Source: Mobula hypostoma
Taxonomy: Eukaryota
Reading direction: 5' to 3'
Assembly (NCBI RefSeq): GCF_963921235.1
Contig: NC_086108.1
Coordinates: 32,490,001-32,554,000 of the forward strand
DNA: 64,000 nt
Both the position numbers and the translations under genes were made by a program. Under the pieces are notes generated by a model. It was given only the letters and a program-made list of their open reading frames with translations, ran no database searches and had not been told where the DNA came from. How positions within the stretch are numbered: position 1 is the stretch's first letter; each line of letters starts with the position of its first letter. This document shows, in pieces, positions 11,579-24,179 of the stretch.

Positions 11579-12363
11579 GTTGTGGAATGTTGGAATGGGT
11601 GGGAGAACCAGTGACATTCCAGAAGGCTGACTCCATTGCAGGCAGGTATGGAGTTTGGATGAAGGATCCCGAACCTGTGCCACCTCACAGCAGGGAGCAC
11701 ATCTGGAGAATCAACACTGTTGGCACTGATATACGGCGGCTCTATGAATACCAAGACCTTGATCAGTTCATGAAAGGTTATACCAGCAAAGTTTACCTGT
11801 TACCACAACCAGTGGAAAGCACAGGAGGCATCATTTACAGAGGATCCTTGTTTTACCAGAAACGGAGGTCGAGGAGCTTACTGAGATTTGAAATGAAAAC
11901 AGAGACAATTTTAGTTCAGAAGGACTTGCCTAACGCAGGTTACCGGGGAACTTTTCCATACTCCTGGGGTGGCTATACAGACATCGACTTTGCTGTGGAT
12001 GAGCTAGGTGTTTGGGTCACCTATAGCACCAGTCAGGCTCATGGAGCCATTGTGATCTCCAAACTGGACCCCAACACCCTAGAAGTAGAACAGACATGGA
12101 CCACAGCTATTCGCAAAAGAGCGGTTGCCAATTCTTTCATTATCTGTGGAATTCTATACACTCTTAACAGTTATTCCATTCAAAATGCCATCATCAATTT
12201 TGCTTACAACACTAACACAAACAGCAGCAAGCCACTGGCCATTCCATTTGAGAACCACTACCGATACAACAGCATGGTTGATTACAATCCAGCAGAAAAG
12301 AAGATACTGGCTTGGGACAATTTCAACATGGTTATGTATGACATTAAACTTTCCAAGATATGA
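11579..12363 (+). CDS. MYOC: Myocilin exon 3: olfactomedin domain
   Basis: [11 protein letters not shown]...[10 protein letters not shown]...[17 protein letters not shown]...[10 protein letters not shown]...SMVDYNP...[16 protein letters not shown]; acceptor GGCAG|; 785 nt. Confidence 0.97.
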
Positions 12364-12945
12364 AGGCTACAGAACATCTCCCATACACAAACAGCTGCAT
12401 AATTTTCTTTTTTTTGTATATGCATGTATAGACCATGGCTAGTTCTTAAAGCACTGCAGTAAGTTGTACACTTATTCCAGAACAGAACATATAATGGCAA
12501 ACTGAATAGTAAAATAATCATTGAAACAAGGAAGAAATACTACAGATGCTGGAAATCTGGGTTCCAATGCAAGGACACAGATCTGAAATGTTTAGCTTCT
12601 TTCCTAATATGTTGCTAGATTCGATTCAAGTTTGTCCAGCATTTTCGGTTACAATATTATTAAGCCAAAGTTTGAACTGTTGTAATACCAGTGTATATTG
12701 ATTAAAACTCCAGATACAAATAGTTAAGGTAATACATGCAAAATCTGTTCTCTAATCTTGACCACATCCTCAGTATAAACCAATGGCAGCATTTTGTAAA
12801 AGCTGAAATTGAACTGCATTTGTTATATTAAACAAGTCTCTTCCAGATACTTTCTATTGTCAAGAATTTAAAATAGGAGGAAAATAATGTGGAAGGAATC
12901 TAAAATTTGATCAAGTGGAAAATGTTAAACTTATGCAGACAGACA

Positions 12946-14100
12946 TAGAACCATAGAAACTACAGCACAAAAACAGGCCCTTAGGCCCTTTGGCCCTTCT
13001 TGGCTGTGCCGAACCATTTTCTGCCTAGTCCCACTGACCTGCACACGGACCATATCCCTCCATACACCTCCCATCCAGGTATCTGTCCAATTTATTCTTA
13101 AATGTTAAAGAACCCGTATTTACCACCTCGTCTGGCAGCTCATTCCATACTCCCACCACTCTCTGTGTGAAGAAGACCCCCCTAATGTTCCCTTTAAACT
13201 TTTCCCCCCTCACCCGTAACCCATGTCCTCTGGTTTTTTTCTCCCCTTGCCTCAGTGGAAAAAGCCTGCTTGCATTCACTCTATCTATACCCATCATAAT
13301 TTTATATACCTCTATCAAATCTCCCCTCATTCTTCTACGCTCCAGGGAATAAAGTCCTAACCTATTCAACCTTTCTCTGTAACTGAGTTTCTCAAGTCCC
13401 GGCAACATCCTTGAAAACCTTCTCTGCACTCTTTCAACCTTATTTATATCCTTCCTGTAATTTGGTGACCAAAACCGAACACAATACTCCAGATTTGGCC
13501 TCACCAATGCCTTATACAACCTCATCATAACATTCCAGCTCTTATACTCAATACTTTGATTAATAAAGGCCAATGTACCAAAAGCTCTCTTTACGACCCT
13601 ATCTACCTGTGACGACACTTTTAGGGAATTTTGTATCTGTATTCCCAGATCCCTCTGTTCCACTGCACTCCTCAGTGCCTTACCATTTATCCTGTATGTT
13701 CTACCTTGGTTTGTCCTTCCAACATGCAATACCTCACACTTGTCAGTATTAAACTCCATCTGCCATTTTTCAGCCCATTTTTCCAGCTGGTCCAAGTCCC
13801 TCTGCAGGCTCTGAAAACCTTCCTCATTGTCTACTATACCTCCAATCTTTGTATCATCAGCAAACTTATTGATCCAATTTACCACATTATCATCCAGATC
13901 ATTGATATAGATGACAAATAACAATGGACCCAGCACTGATCCCTGTGGCACACCACTAGTCACAGGCCTCCACTCAGAGAAGCAATTCTCTACCACCACT
14001 CTCTGGCTTCTTCCATCGAGCCAATGTCTAATCCAATTTACCACCTCTCCATGTATACCTAGCGACTGAATTTTCCTAACTAACCTCCCATGCGGGACCA
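12946..14100 (-). mobile_element. Young CR1 LINE, 5'-truncated, with open RT C-terminus
   Basis: 365-aa ORF with VTSGVPQGSVLGPLLF, KFADDTK, LVRPNLEYC, RRRMRGDLIEVYKI; TTCTATG-type 3' tail. Confidence 0.93.
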
Positions 14101-14654
14101 AGGTTCTTTTAAAATGTATCACAGAAACTCACACCTACTCTTTCATCACTATCAGTCATTCAAACTGGTATTTTTGAAGTAATCAGGGAAGTTGCAGGAA
14201 ATTTGTCAAGAGGAATTATATCATACAATTTCACTGGTCTGAACATTGGCAAAATAAAAGTTGATACTGGTACAAGTCCTTACATTCTTTTCTGTGCACC
14301 AGCCAAATAGCCAACAAGATTATAACAGACAAATGAAAATATTGGAAAAGTGGAGGAATGAGGAGTGGTGGAATATGATGTGACTAAATTCCATCTGGAT
14401 TATTTTACAAATTGCCCAAATGAACAGGGAAAAATGTTGGAAGAATCTTAAAAGTAGACCGGAAACAAATATTTGATCAACTTGCTCTTGAGCACTTTCT
14501 GTTGTGGAGGATCACCTGATGCACAGTATCAGAGAGATGGGAGAAACAGGGGTTGCTCAAGTCAAAGATGCCGCTTCATTAAATGTGAAGATTTTTGCAA
14601 CGTAAAATACTCCATCCACAGTATTCAGCAATATGAAAACATTTCAGAGCTTAT

Positions 14655-15755
14655 TTTATTAGTTATGTAACCAAACCAAATTAATTGTAAATAAGATCAT
14701 ACATCTTTAATAGTGCGCTAACGCTGTACAAATGAAAAAATTAAAGTATAATCTTTCTATACCAATATGGCTGTTAACTTCTGTACAATGCCAAACGAAT
14801 ACACAGTACAGATGGAATACAAAACTCAAAAACCAGACATCACAGCCGAGTTTTCGAAGAAAGCAAATAAAACTGACCGTCAAAACACATGACTGACGGA
14901 AAGCAATTTTTTCAGCAGTGTAGCCTTTCCAGTGCCACAAGTCATGTGACAAAAATATACACATCAATAAATCATTCTGTCAGCTCAGGCTTTGTGCCAA
15001 GATTTCTAGATACCAATAACAGCAATCCTCTATTGTTTTGTACCTTATCAGAATCTATTTTTTTCCAATTTAAACCTGGGTAAGTTTGCTGTAATAAAAA
15101 CAGCTGTGCTTTTAGCACAGTCCCTCATTAATGATTGATAAGCAAATAAAGATATCTTACATTCACATGGTATAATACAGTACATCCTACAACTAAAATA
15201 CTAGCATATAATCAAAAAAGGCAATATTAGACTTGTGATTAAAATGGTTTGCATAAACAATTGGAAATTAATAGGCTCAAAACCTCATTCACTAAGTGAA
15301 TCAAAAATTTGTCTTTTCTGTAATTAAGCTCATGAATATCTTTTTAAATGATAGTTTTTAAATAAGGATTAAATCATTACCATAAAACCTGTAAAATTGG
15401 TTAGCTTTCATTCACTGGCTTATCCAGGTTTACGTATTTTCAGTGATTATCTTAAGAAAAAGTAATGTCACACAAGTCAGACATTGCCTCTTCAAATCTT
15501 CAAGATTCAAATGTCAACACTAAATGTTCAGTCAAGGATTAGTTTACACATCTGGGTTTCTCTTGCTCAACATAATGATCCATCTGATTTCTGCATATCT
15601 TAGGCTAGTTCAGCTTTCACTTGACTACTTCACATCTCATTTTGTTATAAAAGAAATTTCACGTTTGAGCTCTATATTTCTGCTCTCATCTCATAGAGAA
15701 GAGCACCCATTACACCCATAAGATACTCATGACACCCACTATGTTTATCAGCAAT
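14655..15755 (-). other. PRRC2C: Probable PRRC2C 3' UTR with candidate polyA signals
   Basis: Repeat-free AU-rich stretch after the stop; AATAAA at 14660-14655 and ATTAAA at 14711-14706 on the minus strand. Confidence 0.55.
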
Positions 15756-16016
15756 TTATGATTTTGTTTCTTCTGTTTTTACTGCTTGAGGTTTGATTGG
15801 TCCAGTTCGAACAGGTTTTGACACAACAGCTTGACTTGAGGCTGGTTTTTCTTCGACTTTCTCTTCTCTTGTACTTGAAATGCCTGTTCCACTCTCCGTA
15901 GGTTTATTCGCACTGCTGTCATTTTTGTGAGGCTTGCTCACTTGCTGCTTTATTTGCTGCTGCTGGTCAGAGAAGAACTTGTGGGTAGATTGAAGCACCT
16001 CAGCACGCTGCTTAGC
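15756..16016 (-). CDS. PRRC2C: PRRC2C last coding exon
   Basis: AKQRAEVLQSTHKFFSDQQ...KPVRTGPIKPQAVKTEETKS*; acceptor TTAAG|, phase 0. Confidence 0.92.
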   Translation of the reverse strand, partial: AKQRAEVLQSTHKFFSDQQQQIKQQVSKPHKNDSSANKPTESGTGISSTREEKVEEKPASSQAVVSKPVRTGPIKPQAVKTEETKS

Positions 16017-16760
16017 CTTAACACAAAAAGAATGATAACTTCGTTGTTTCTTTTGACAGCATATACAAAAATATGCAATGCAGAGATGGGAAATGTTAAA
16101 AAAAAACTTCTTCTAATGGTGCGTGGAAATCATTTAACTGGCAAAATTATTAATTTCAGCAGCCTTTCCTCTCTCACATGCTATCCTCCACAGACACACA
16201 AAAAAACGATAATTTATCCAGGAAAGTCGCTGTGGATTTCTTATGTCTGTTTCGTGAGGCCTGCTGCTTGATTTGTAACATTATTTCTTTGCTTTAATTT
16301 CTGAGGGGCACGATGGGTGCAGATGTTTTCAAACCTCTGCTTACAAAAGGTAACTAGACCTAATCAAAGCTAAATCTCAAATGAATTTGTTGCATTTTGC
16401 TTATTTTTCATTTCATAGATTTTAATCACTTCTGTCTTTGAAAATTAACAAATGGACTGTGAAAACCCTATTGGCACAGTAAGGTTAATATCATGCATTA
16501 TCCCCCAGTGCCAATAGTAATAAGGTAATTTCACTATCTGGAAAGTGAATTAAGAACTGCAGTCAAGGCCAGGTCCATTGCAATATTAGTTAATTTTTTT
16601 CCCCCCGGAGGTTTCAAAGAAAGCAGCGTGTGCAATACATTGTTATAGTTCAATTAAGAGATACAGTAAGCCACACTTCATTTCCTCATTAAAACTAGTT
16701 TCATTTGGTGTCAAGGTTTAAAATATTTATAACTTTCACAAAACTGCCAACAATGCTAAC

Positions 16761-16994
16761 CTTCAAATCCTGTTCAGCCATCATTGCAGCTTGGGCCTGG
16801 TTTCCACGGATGCCCTGAGTATGGCCTGAAGGTACCCTTGGTGTATGTTGAGGACGAGTTTGGCAGATGATACCTGTGGTCATTTGAGATTGCATCTGAT
16901 TTGTCAGAGGCAGTGGAGGCCTCTGAACAGGAGCTGAAAAGGTATTTCCATGAGGTCTCACCAATGGAGGGACCAAGTTAGGTTGGGAAAGCAT
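16761..16994 (-). CDS. PRRC2C: PRRC2C exon, 234 nt, phase 0-0
   Basis: MLSQPNLVPPLVRP...QAAMMAEQDLK; CAG| acceptor, |GTTAGC donor. Confidence 0.88.
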
Positions 16995-17157
16995 CTGGTG
17001 AAAACAATTAGAATGAAGTGTAATTCCCAATTGGATCTACATGGTACTGAGCTGTACTGCAATCAGCATTATCATTTTAACACAAGTGGAAAGCCACATA
17101 GATGATACCAAAATTGAAGATCAAGCAGGAATTCTTGCATCTGATGCATTTTACTCA

Positions 17158-18475
17158 AGATCGAGAATTCACTGTCACAGGCTTGGAGGCCAAGTCATTG
17201 GGCATATTTAAAGGGTAGGTTGATAGGTTCTTGATTAGCCAGGGCATTAAAGTTTGTGGGGAAAAGACAGGAGAATGGGGTTGAGAGGGATAATAAATCA
17301 GCCATGACAGATGGCAGAGCAGACTGGATGGACCAAATAGCCTAATTCTGCTCCTGTGTGTCATGGAGAAGTGGAAGTGGCAACAATGGTAACTTTGCAG
17401 TAGTTAATGCTTCCAAACTTGCATATGGCAAGAGGTGGTGAATCAATTAGGGCCATGGCTCCTGAACACTGCTATAAAGCAAAAGCAAAATTTGTGAAAC
17501 TTCAGAGCTAATATGTAGATCGCAACTTCCAGAGGGTTGGAAAATCGCAAATGTCATTCCACTCTTTAAGGGAGGGAAGAAAAGACAGGAAATTATACAC
17601 CAGTTAGTCTGACTTCAGTGGTTGGTAAGATGCCATTATTAAAAATGAGGTTTTGGGGTATTTAGAGGCACACGATAAAATAGGCCAAAATTCAGCATGG
17701 TTTCCATAAAGGGAAATCTTGCCTGGCAAATCTGTTGAAATTCTCTGAGGAAATAACAAGCAGGACAGACAAGATTAGAGCCTATGGTATAACAAGGAAG
17801 ATACCAGTATGGACAGAAGATTAGCTGAGCAGCAGAGGCCAGACTGGGAATAAAGGGGGCCTTTTCTTGTTGGCTGCTAGTGACTAGTGGTGTTCCACGT
17901 GGTTCAGTGCTGGGTCTGCTACTTTTCACATTATATGTCATTGGCATGGAATGACAGAATTGATAGCTTTGTGGCCCAGTTTGCAGACGATACAAAGATT
18001 GGTTGAGGAGTAGGTGGTGTTGAGGAAACAAGGAGTCTGCAAAAGGACTAGGACAGATTAGGACAACAGGCAATGAAGTGGCAGATAGAATACAGTGTAG
18101 GGACGTGTATGGTCACGTACTTTCGTAGAAGGATTAAAGGCATAGAACATTGTAAAAATGGGGAGCAAATTCACATATCGGAGTTGCAAACAGTCCTAGT
18201 GCAGGGTTAACTTGTAGGTTGAGTTGGTAGTAATGAAGGCAAACAATGTTTGCATTTATTTTCAGAGTAGAATATAATGGCAAGGATGTAGTGTAATGCT
18301 AAGGCTTTAGAAGGTTAACGTTTGATGGCTCTGGGCCTGTACTCACTGGAGTTGAGAAGAATGAGGGAGAACGTTGAAAAGGCCTAGACAGAATGAGCAT
18401 ACAGAGGATGTTTCCAATAGTGGGACAGCATGACCAGAGACTCAGAATAGAAGGATACCCCCTTAAAACAGATGT
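17158..18475 (+). mobile_element. Degraded CR1 fragments: 3' end at 17158-17365, RT region at 17520-18475
   Basis: WKIANVIPLFK, YTPVSLTSVVGK, QHGFHKGKSCLANL, VTSGVPRGSVLG, FADDTK remnants with frameshifts. Confidence 0.8.
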
Positions 18476-19005
18476 CTGTGTCTGGTGGTCTATTTTTAAT
18501 TATTGGGACATGGGCATGGCCAGCAAATACAGAATTTATTGCTTACCCCTTTGAAAAGACAATCCAAGGCATCTATTTGAATTGTTGTAACTTGTGCGCA
18601 TTTGCTGAAGTATTTCCAAAATATTTACAATGACAATCAGCAGATTAAAACTCTTAAGTCAATATTTAATTAACAAAACATAAGCTTAAGAGTTTCAATT
18701 TTTAAGGAATAAAGCTGTACAAACAGATGAGGTACAGAAATATATACTAAGACAAAATAGTTCATAGAAAGAGGAAAATAAGGAAACTAAACAGAATGAT
18801 TTTGAGGGTTAAATTCTATCCCAAGCAACCATTTATTGACTGACTGGCAGTCTTTACTTAAAGGTACATGTTCAAAAAAAAAAATCCAGTCATGAATTTT
18901 TTTTCTCATGGCAGAGTAAAAAGCAAAAGTGGAAAGACTACTCAATAAACGAAGGAAAATGTAAAGACAGCAGCTGATGCTCTAGCCGGCACTTTAAACT
19001 CGTAC

Positions 19006-19126
19006 CTGTGGTGGGAACTGTGGTGGGAAAGGCTGGGCAATCCGAACTCCAGCAGAAGAAAATTGTTTCTGATAGACCATGTTGTTGATCTTGCTAGTCT
19101 GGCTGTTTGGACTTGTGGAGCTAGCT
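19006..19126 (-). CDS. PRRC2C: PRRC2C exon, 121 nt
   Basis: (R)ASSTSPNSQTSKINNMVYQKQF...QPFPPQFPPQ; TTTAG| acceptor, |GTACGA donor; phase 2-0. Confidence 0.9.
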
Positions 19127-20501
19127 CTAAAAGTGAAAAATCAATCACAAAACATGCTGTGTTAACCAAAACAAATTCTATTTGACTTCTGTAGCATAAC
19201 CAAATGAATTGAAACAATTCTGTCAAATACAAGGACTAAGTTTGCAACTCCAATACAGCTATTTTAAAAACATGGTCATCTGTACAGTAACTACCAGACC
19301 TCTTGACCTTCACAATCAGCCAGATCTTCTCCAATATAAACACAAATGCGGGGTTATGTATGTATATTCCTAATGTGCATCAGATTTATACCAGCAGAAG
19401 CATGGGAGCAGATTTCCCAGATTGAGGGTGGGAACATGGGTCCACAAAAGGAACACATCGTTGCCACAGTGGACTTTGCAGGAGTAGTAGCCATAGCAAC
19501 AGGGTAAGAGATGGTACTGCTGACTTAGAATGACACCACCACTGGGATGCAAGACTCTGGCAGAGATACTTGGGTATGTTGCACACTGGTGCTGACTTCT
19601 GAGTTGAAGATTCGCTCCATTGCAAATATCAAAAATCTGGTAGATGTGGGAATTAAACCATAATAATTAATCTTCAAAAGGTAATAATGTTCTTGGAAAA
19701 ATACATTTAGTCATTTGTTAAACTTCATCACTACAACTTGCTTGAAAGCACGTAACACATCCCATGAAACTAGGCATTGTGTGGATAAAGTTACAGGAAT
19801 ACAAAGCAGTTGATTTCAAAAGGCAGGCAACTATTGAGAATGCCATCTTTAGATCCAACACTGCAAATTTTAACAAAAATTCTCCACACTTACATAGAAC
19901 CTTTTATAGAGAAAAACACGATCAAGGATTTTACAGGTAGCATGGCAGGATATGTTAGCACAAGACAAGATATTAGATCAGTGATTGAAAGTTTAAATGA
20001 AAAAAAGACAGCCAGTATTCTGACAAGGTTGAAGAACCGTGAAATGTTCCAGAACCAGGGGAACAAGACTTAGAAACACCAGGATATTTAGGGGACGCAA
20101 AGTCATTTTAGTTCAGCTAAGAATAAAGACTGCAGCATTTCAGATAAGCTGTTTGGAGAGTGGAAGACAGCATATCTGCCAGCTGGAACAGTCAGCAGAA
20201 GGATGAAAAGCATTCAGCAGCAGGCAAAATTAAGTTAGAAGTTGACAGCCTTTGTGAAGGGGACAGAACCTTTGTTAAGGTCAGAAATACCACGAGTATG
20301 GCAAAGACATTCAAACCTTAGCCCAGCCAAGAAAGTGCTTTGAATTGACAGCAAGTGGGTTTGTTTATTTCCAGCTAGTGGAAATTGGAACAGATTCAGA
20401 ACTAAATATATGAAAAGAATTTTTATGCAGAGGAAGTGGAGTGGCAGTAATATCACAGTGCTAAGTGTTATATCATTATCTCTCGATCAGAAAGAATTTA
20501 C

Positions 20502-20605
20502 CTGAATGGACTCGATGTTGGTGTAATACTCCGTACACTGATTGGTGGTGTACCTGGTTTCACATCCACACTACATCCATAAGGCTTTAGATCCATCTCT
20601 GCCAT
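20502..20605 (-). CDS. PRRC2C: PRRC2C exon, 104 nt
   Basis: MAEMDLKPYGCSVDVKPGTPPISVRSITPTSSPF(R); phase 0-2, canonical sites. Confidence 0.9.
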
Positions 20606-20778
20606 CTGAAACATGCAGAATTTTCACTTACATGAATACATTATAATCAAACTATTGCAAGATACTTGTTTTCCTCAAAAATGCTATGTAAAATTAACAT
20701 TAAAACTCTTAGAATATGATTTTTCCAGATTACATTTTACAAATTTAAAATAATCTGAACAGCTCTTCATTTCTATAC

Positions 20779-20994
20779 CTTCCCTGGTGCAGAAATCATG
20801 CCAGCCTGTGTCCCTGTTGCAATAAGGCCCCTAAAGGGTTGGTTGATCTGTGTAGGTCTACTGAGGTTGTGAGGCTGGGCCTGTGCTGGATTGTGTTGTA
20901 GAGGTTGCATGGATTGAGGTAAAGCAATCAAGGGCTGTCCTGCAGATCCAAAATTTGGTAAGGACAGCTGTGAACCTGGAAGGGGCAATGTCAC
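20779..20994 (-). CDS. PRRC2C: PRRC2C exon, 216 nt
   Basis: VTLPLPGSQLSLPNFGSAGQPLIALPQ...SAPGK; phase 0-0. Confidence 0.9.
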
Positions 20995-21055
20995 CTGGGG
21001 ATACAAATGAAAACAATTAACAATAGAATTAAAAAGATCTTGAACTTTTAAGAAT

Positions 21056-21343
21056 GGGGCGCCAAGGTAGTGTAGCGGTTAGCGCAATGCTATTGTAGCT
21101 CGGGTGAGGTTTGGAGTTCAATCCCAGCGTCCTCTGTAAGGAGTCTGTACGTCCTCCCTGTGGAGTGTATGAGATTTCTCCAGGTGCTCTGGTTTCCTCC
21201 CAAAGACATACTGATTAATAGGTCATTCTAAAACTGCCCCATTATTAGGTTCAGGTTACACTGGGGTTGTCGGAGGTTACTGGGCAGTGCAGCTCAAAGG
21301 GCTTGAAGGGCCTATTCTGCTCCGTATCTTTAAATAAAAATAA
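21056..21343 (+). mobile_element. tRNA-derived V-SINE (HE1-like)
   Basis: GGGGCGCCAAGGTAGTGTAGCGG head, GGAGTTCAATCCC B box, CCAGGTGCTCTGGTTTCCTCCC V-domain, A-rich tail. Confidence 0.75.
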
Positions 21344-21719
21344 ACAACTTTTGACTGTCCCAAAAATTTTTAGAATAATCTCCCGCTTCACTTGAGAGGT
21401 GACAATTGAAAAGCTAATATTCATTTAGCTCAGGCACTTCCCCAAGGGAAAACGGGAAATTCAGGGGCCCAGTTCAGTGGCTTTAGCAGTGAGTCTCTTT
21501 ACTAACCACTGAATGCATTGGGAGCATGTGTCCAACCAGTCCTCCCACTTGGAGGTACACAGATCTGAGATGAGAGCAAAAAGAAAACTGAAGGAAGTTA
21601 ATTATCACAATGCAGACTATGAAAAGTTCCAGTCAACTTAAAAAGGTTAAGTACAACCCCCTTATAAAACATTTTGATTAATTTAAACATAAAACAAGAC
21701 ACCCAAAACTTTTTTTTAC

Positions 21720-21830
21720 CTGTTGAAGAGCAGCATTGGGTGACTGAGCTGTGCTATAGTAGTTACTTTGGCCAGGTTGTTGAACCTGACCTGTAAAAAG
21801 GTTGGATGGCTGAGTTAGACCCGGCCTTGC
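21720..21830 (-). CDS. PRRC2C: PRRC2C exon, 111 nt
   Basis: ARPGLTQPSNLFTGQVQQPGQSNYYSTAQSPNAALQQ; phase 0-0. Confidence 0.9.
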
Positions 21831-22044
21831 CTACACAGAAACATGTAGTTCAAGTTAATGTCAAGCACACTGGCAGAAGGAATATCTAAACAGTACAGAT
21901 TTTACGATTCAGTAGTTAAAAGGGAACTCCACTCTATTTTGAAACTGGAAAGCTTCTTATAAGCTACTCACCACTACAATCCTGGAGAAATTCAGCTTGT
22001 ATTATGTTAAAATGGCTGAACGGGAATCAAGTTTTTCAGTAAAT

Positions 22045-22660
22045 TATGGGAGTCCTAGAGCAGGATTCCCTAAAAGTTAACCTACAGGTTGAGTCGGTAG
22101 TGTCAGTGGTAAGGAAAGCCAATGCAGTATTAGCATTCATCTCCAGAGGGTTACCTTACAAAGCAAGGATGTAATGCTAAGACTTTATAAGGCATTGGTC
22201 AGGCCATATTTGGAGCACTGAGGGAAAGTTTGTATCTAATATCTAAGGATATGCTGGCATTGGAGGCAGTCCAGAGGAGGCATTTGAGAATGAAAGGGTT
22301 AACATATGAGGAATGTTTGATGGTTTTGGGCATTACTCATTGGAGTTCAGAAGAATGGGATGGAGGGGAGATGAAACTCATTGAAACCCACCAAATACTG
22401 AAATATGTAGATAGACTGGACATGAAGATGTTGTTTCCAACCGTGAAAGAATCTATGACCAGAGGGCAAATAACTAAAAAGGGCAATTGAGTATACTTAT
22501 AGCAGAGTTTGATTGGATCCTGATTCGTAAGGCTGTCAAAGGGTATAGGGAGAAGGCAGGAAAATAAGTTGAGAGGGAAAATAAGTCAGCCATAATTGAA
22601 TGGTGAAGCAGGCTCAAAGGGCCAAAAAGTCTAATACTGCTCCTATGTTTTATAGTCTTG
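22045..22660 (+). mobile_element. Degraded CR1 3' fragment
   Basis: KDVMLRLYKALVRPYLE, KDMLALEAVQRR; 3' UTR ending CTGCTCCTATGTTTTATAGTCTT. Confidence 0.75.
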
Positions 22661-23298
22661 ATGGAAGTGAAAATAAGCACTGGAAAAATAAAACTTCAAA
22701 ATGGTTTTAGTTCTTTATAAAAGTAAACTTTGTTGGGGAAACAGGTCATTAAATAATTAATATACAACGAAGAATTATTACAAGCTGAATAGCTCAAAAA
22801 TAAAGCATGTACTAGGAGAAGCAGGATAAGTGCCTTCACTGGTGAATAACATACTAGAACGTATTAATTTTTTGAGTAGAGTCACAAGCGTGCAAATTGG
22901 GCAGCATACTGCCCCTGAAGGTATATCCAACCTAATTTACTTTAGTTTATGTTTTCATACAGGGTTAAAACCAAAGCAACAAAAATTAAACTAACAATTT
23001 AATAAGTTTTCTAATTATCAGCAATGCAGAAAATGTATATGTTGCTTACTTTTTAAAAATATTTCTTTAGAGGGAGTACTTACTTTCCTATGAAAATGTT
23101 GAAAGGTTTGGTAGCATATATTGTAGTTGCCTGCATCGGCTTCTCCTGTTCTCAGACCCTGCACATGCCACTGATTAGAGTTCCCCTTTAAAAGCAGACC
23201 CATGCAACACTTTTGATAACTGTAGACTGAAAATGTTTACAATGCAAACAATATTACCCTTAGTTTCCTTAACTAATATGGAAATAATTTATACATAC

Positions 23299-23533
23299 CT
23301 GTATCAGATGGGTATCTAGAAGTTGAGAACCACCAAGACCAGAGCCTTGACTTAAAGTGTGGTCATAAAGGATAGGAATGGGCTGTGCATTGGATGTTTG
23401 CTGAAATGCCAGGCCAGACTGGGCTTTGGCTAAATCCTGGGCTTGAACTGCCGAAAAATTGTGCAAGGCAGTACCTGAAAGAACTACAGGGGATGGTTGG
23501 GAGAGGTTGTTTTGCAGAAAAGCCTGTTGAGTC
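23299..23533 (-). CDS. PRRC2C: PRRC2C exon, 235 nt
   Basis: TQQAFLQNNLSQPSPVVLSGTALHNF...QPIPILYDH...LLDTHLIQ; phase 2-0. Confidence 0.9.
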
Positions 23534-23727
23534 CTGTAAGTTGAAACATTCAGAAGTCAGCCAACAAAACTACTACATTAGGAAGATAATGACAATGTGA
23601 AATTAATTCCTCAGTTATCAATAGACTTGAAAACCAAGTACTTATATTTAATAATCTTTGAAAAATTATACACATTTTCAAACAAAATACATCAGTAAAA
23701 TCCAGGCTGGATCACCCTACACATCAG

Positions 23728-23990
23728 TTTTTTTTAAAGCGTGTCGCATCAGACAGTCAGCCATTCATGTCTGGTGCGTGGTGTCCGGATTGGTCTCCTT
23801 TTGGATTAACCGGGTCACGTTATGTATGTTCCTGACTCGACCCTTTTCGTTTTACGAGGCTGAGTGGCTAGCTCGATGCCCAACCCGGCACGGATAGAAA
23901 GCGTGCTCGGGGGGTGGCCCAACTTAGATTTGAACTTGGGACCCTTTGCTTTGGAATCCGGCACTGATGCCATTGTGCCACCAGCCGACC
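23728..23990 (-). mobile_element. tRNA-derived SINE of a second family
   Basis: A box TGGCACAATGG, B box GTTCAAATC, CpG-retaining body, A8 tail. Confidence 0.7.
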
Positions 23991-24179
23991 ACACACAGAA
24001 GTAACTAGTTATAATACAAACCAAAGTGTTAAACTGGTTAATTCAACTGATAGAAACTTTTATTCAATGGGAATTTTCAATGCTCCAAATATTAGTGGAT
24101 TAAACTGATATCTGAATTATGCTCTTGATATCAAAAACAAACATGCATATTTTGCATAATGATTTGGCAGCAGCTTTAC

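Noticed and set aside
13025..14122. 365-aa RT ORF as a novel reverse-transcriptase system
   Set aside because: Ordinary truncated CR1 LINE; the first codons come from flanking DNA
19370..19625. Cys-rich short ORFs in a PRRC2C intron as a possible extra exon
   Set aside because: Flanking exons already join in frame (SSPFR/ASSTSP); no convincing splice-site pair and no recognisable peptide
23940..23990. tRNA-like sequence
   Set aside because: SINE head with A and B boxes but no complete cloverleaf; it continues into SINE body and A-tail
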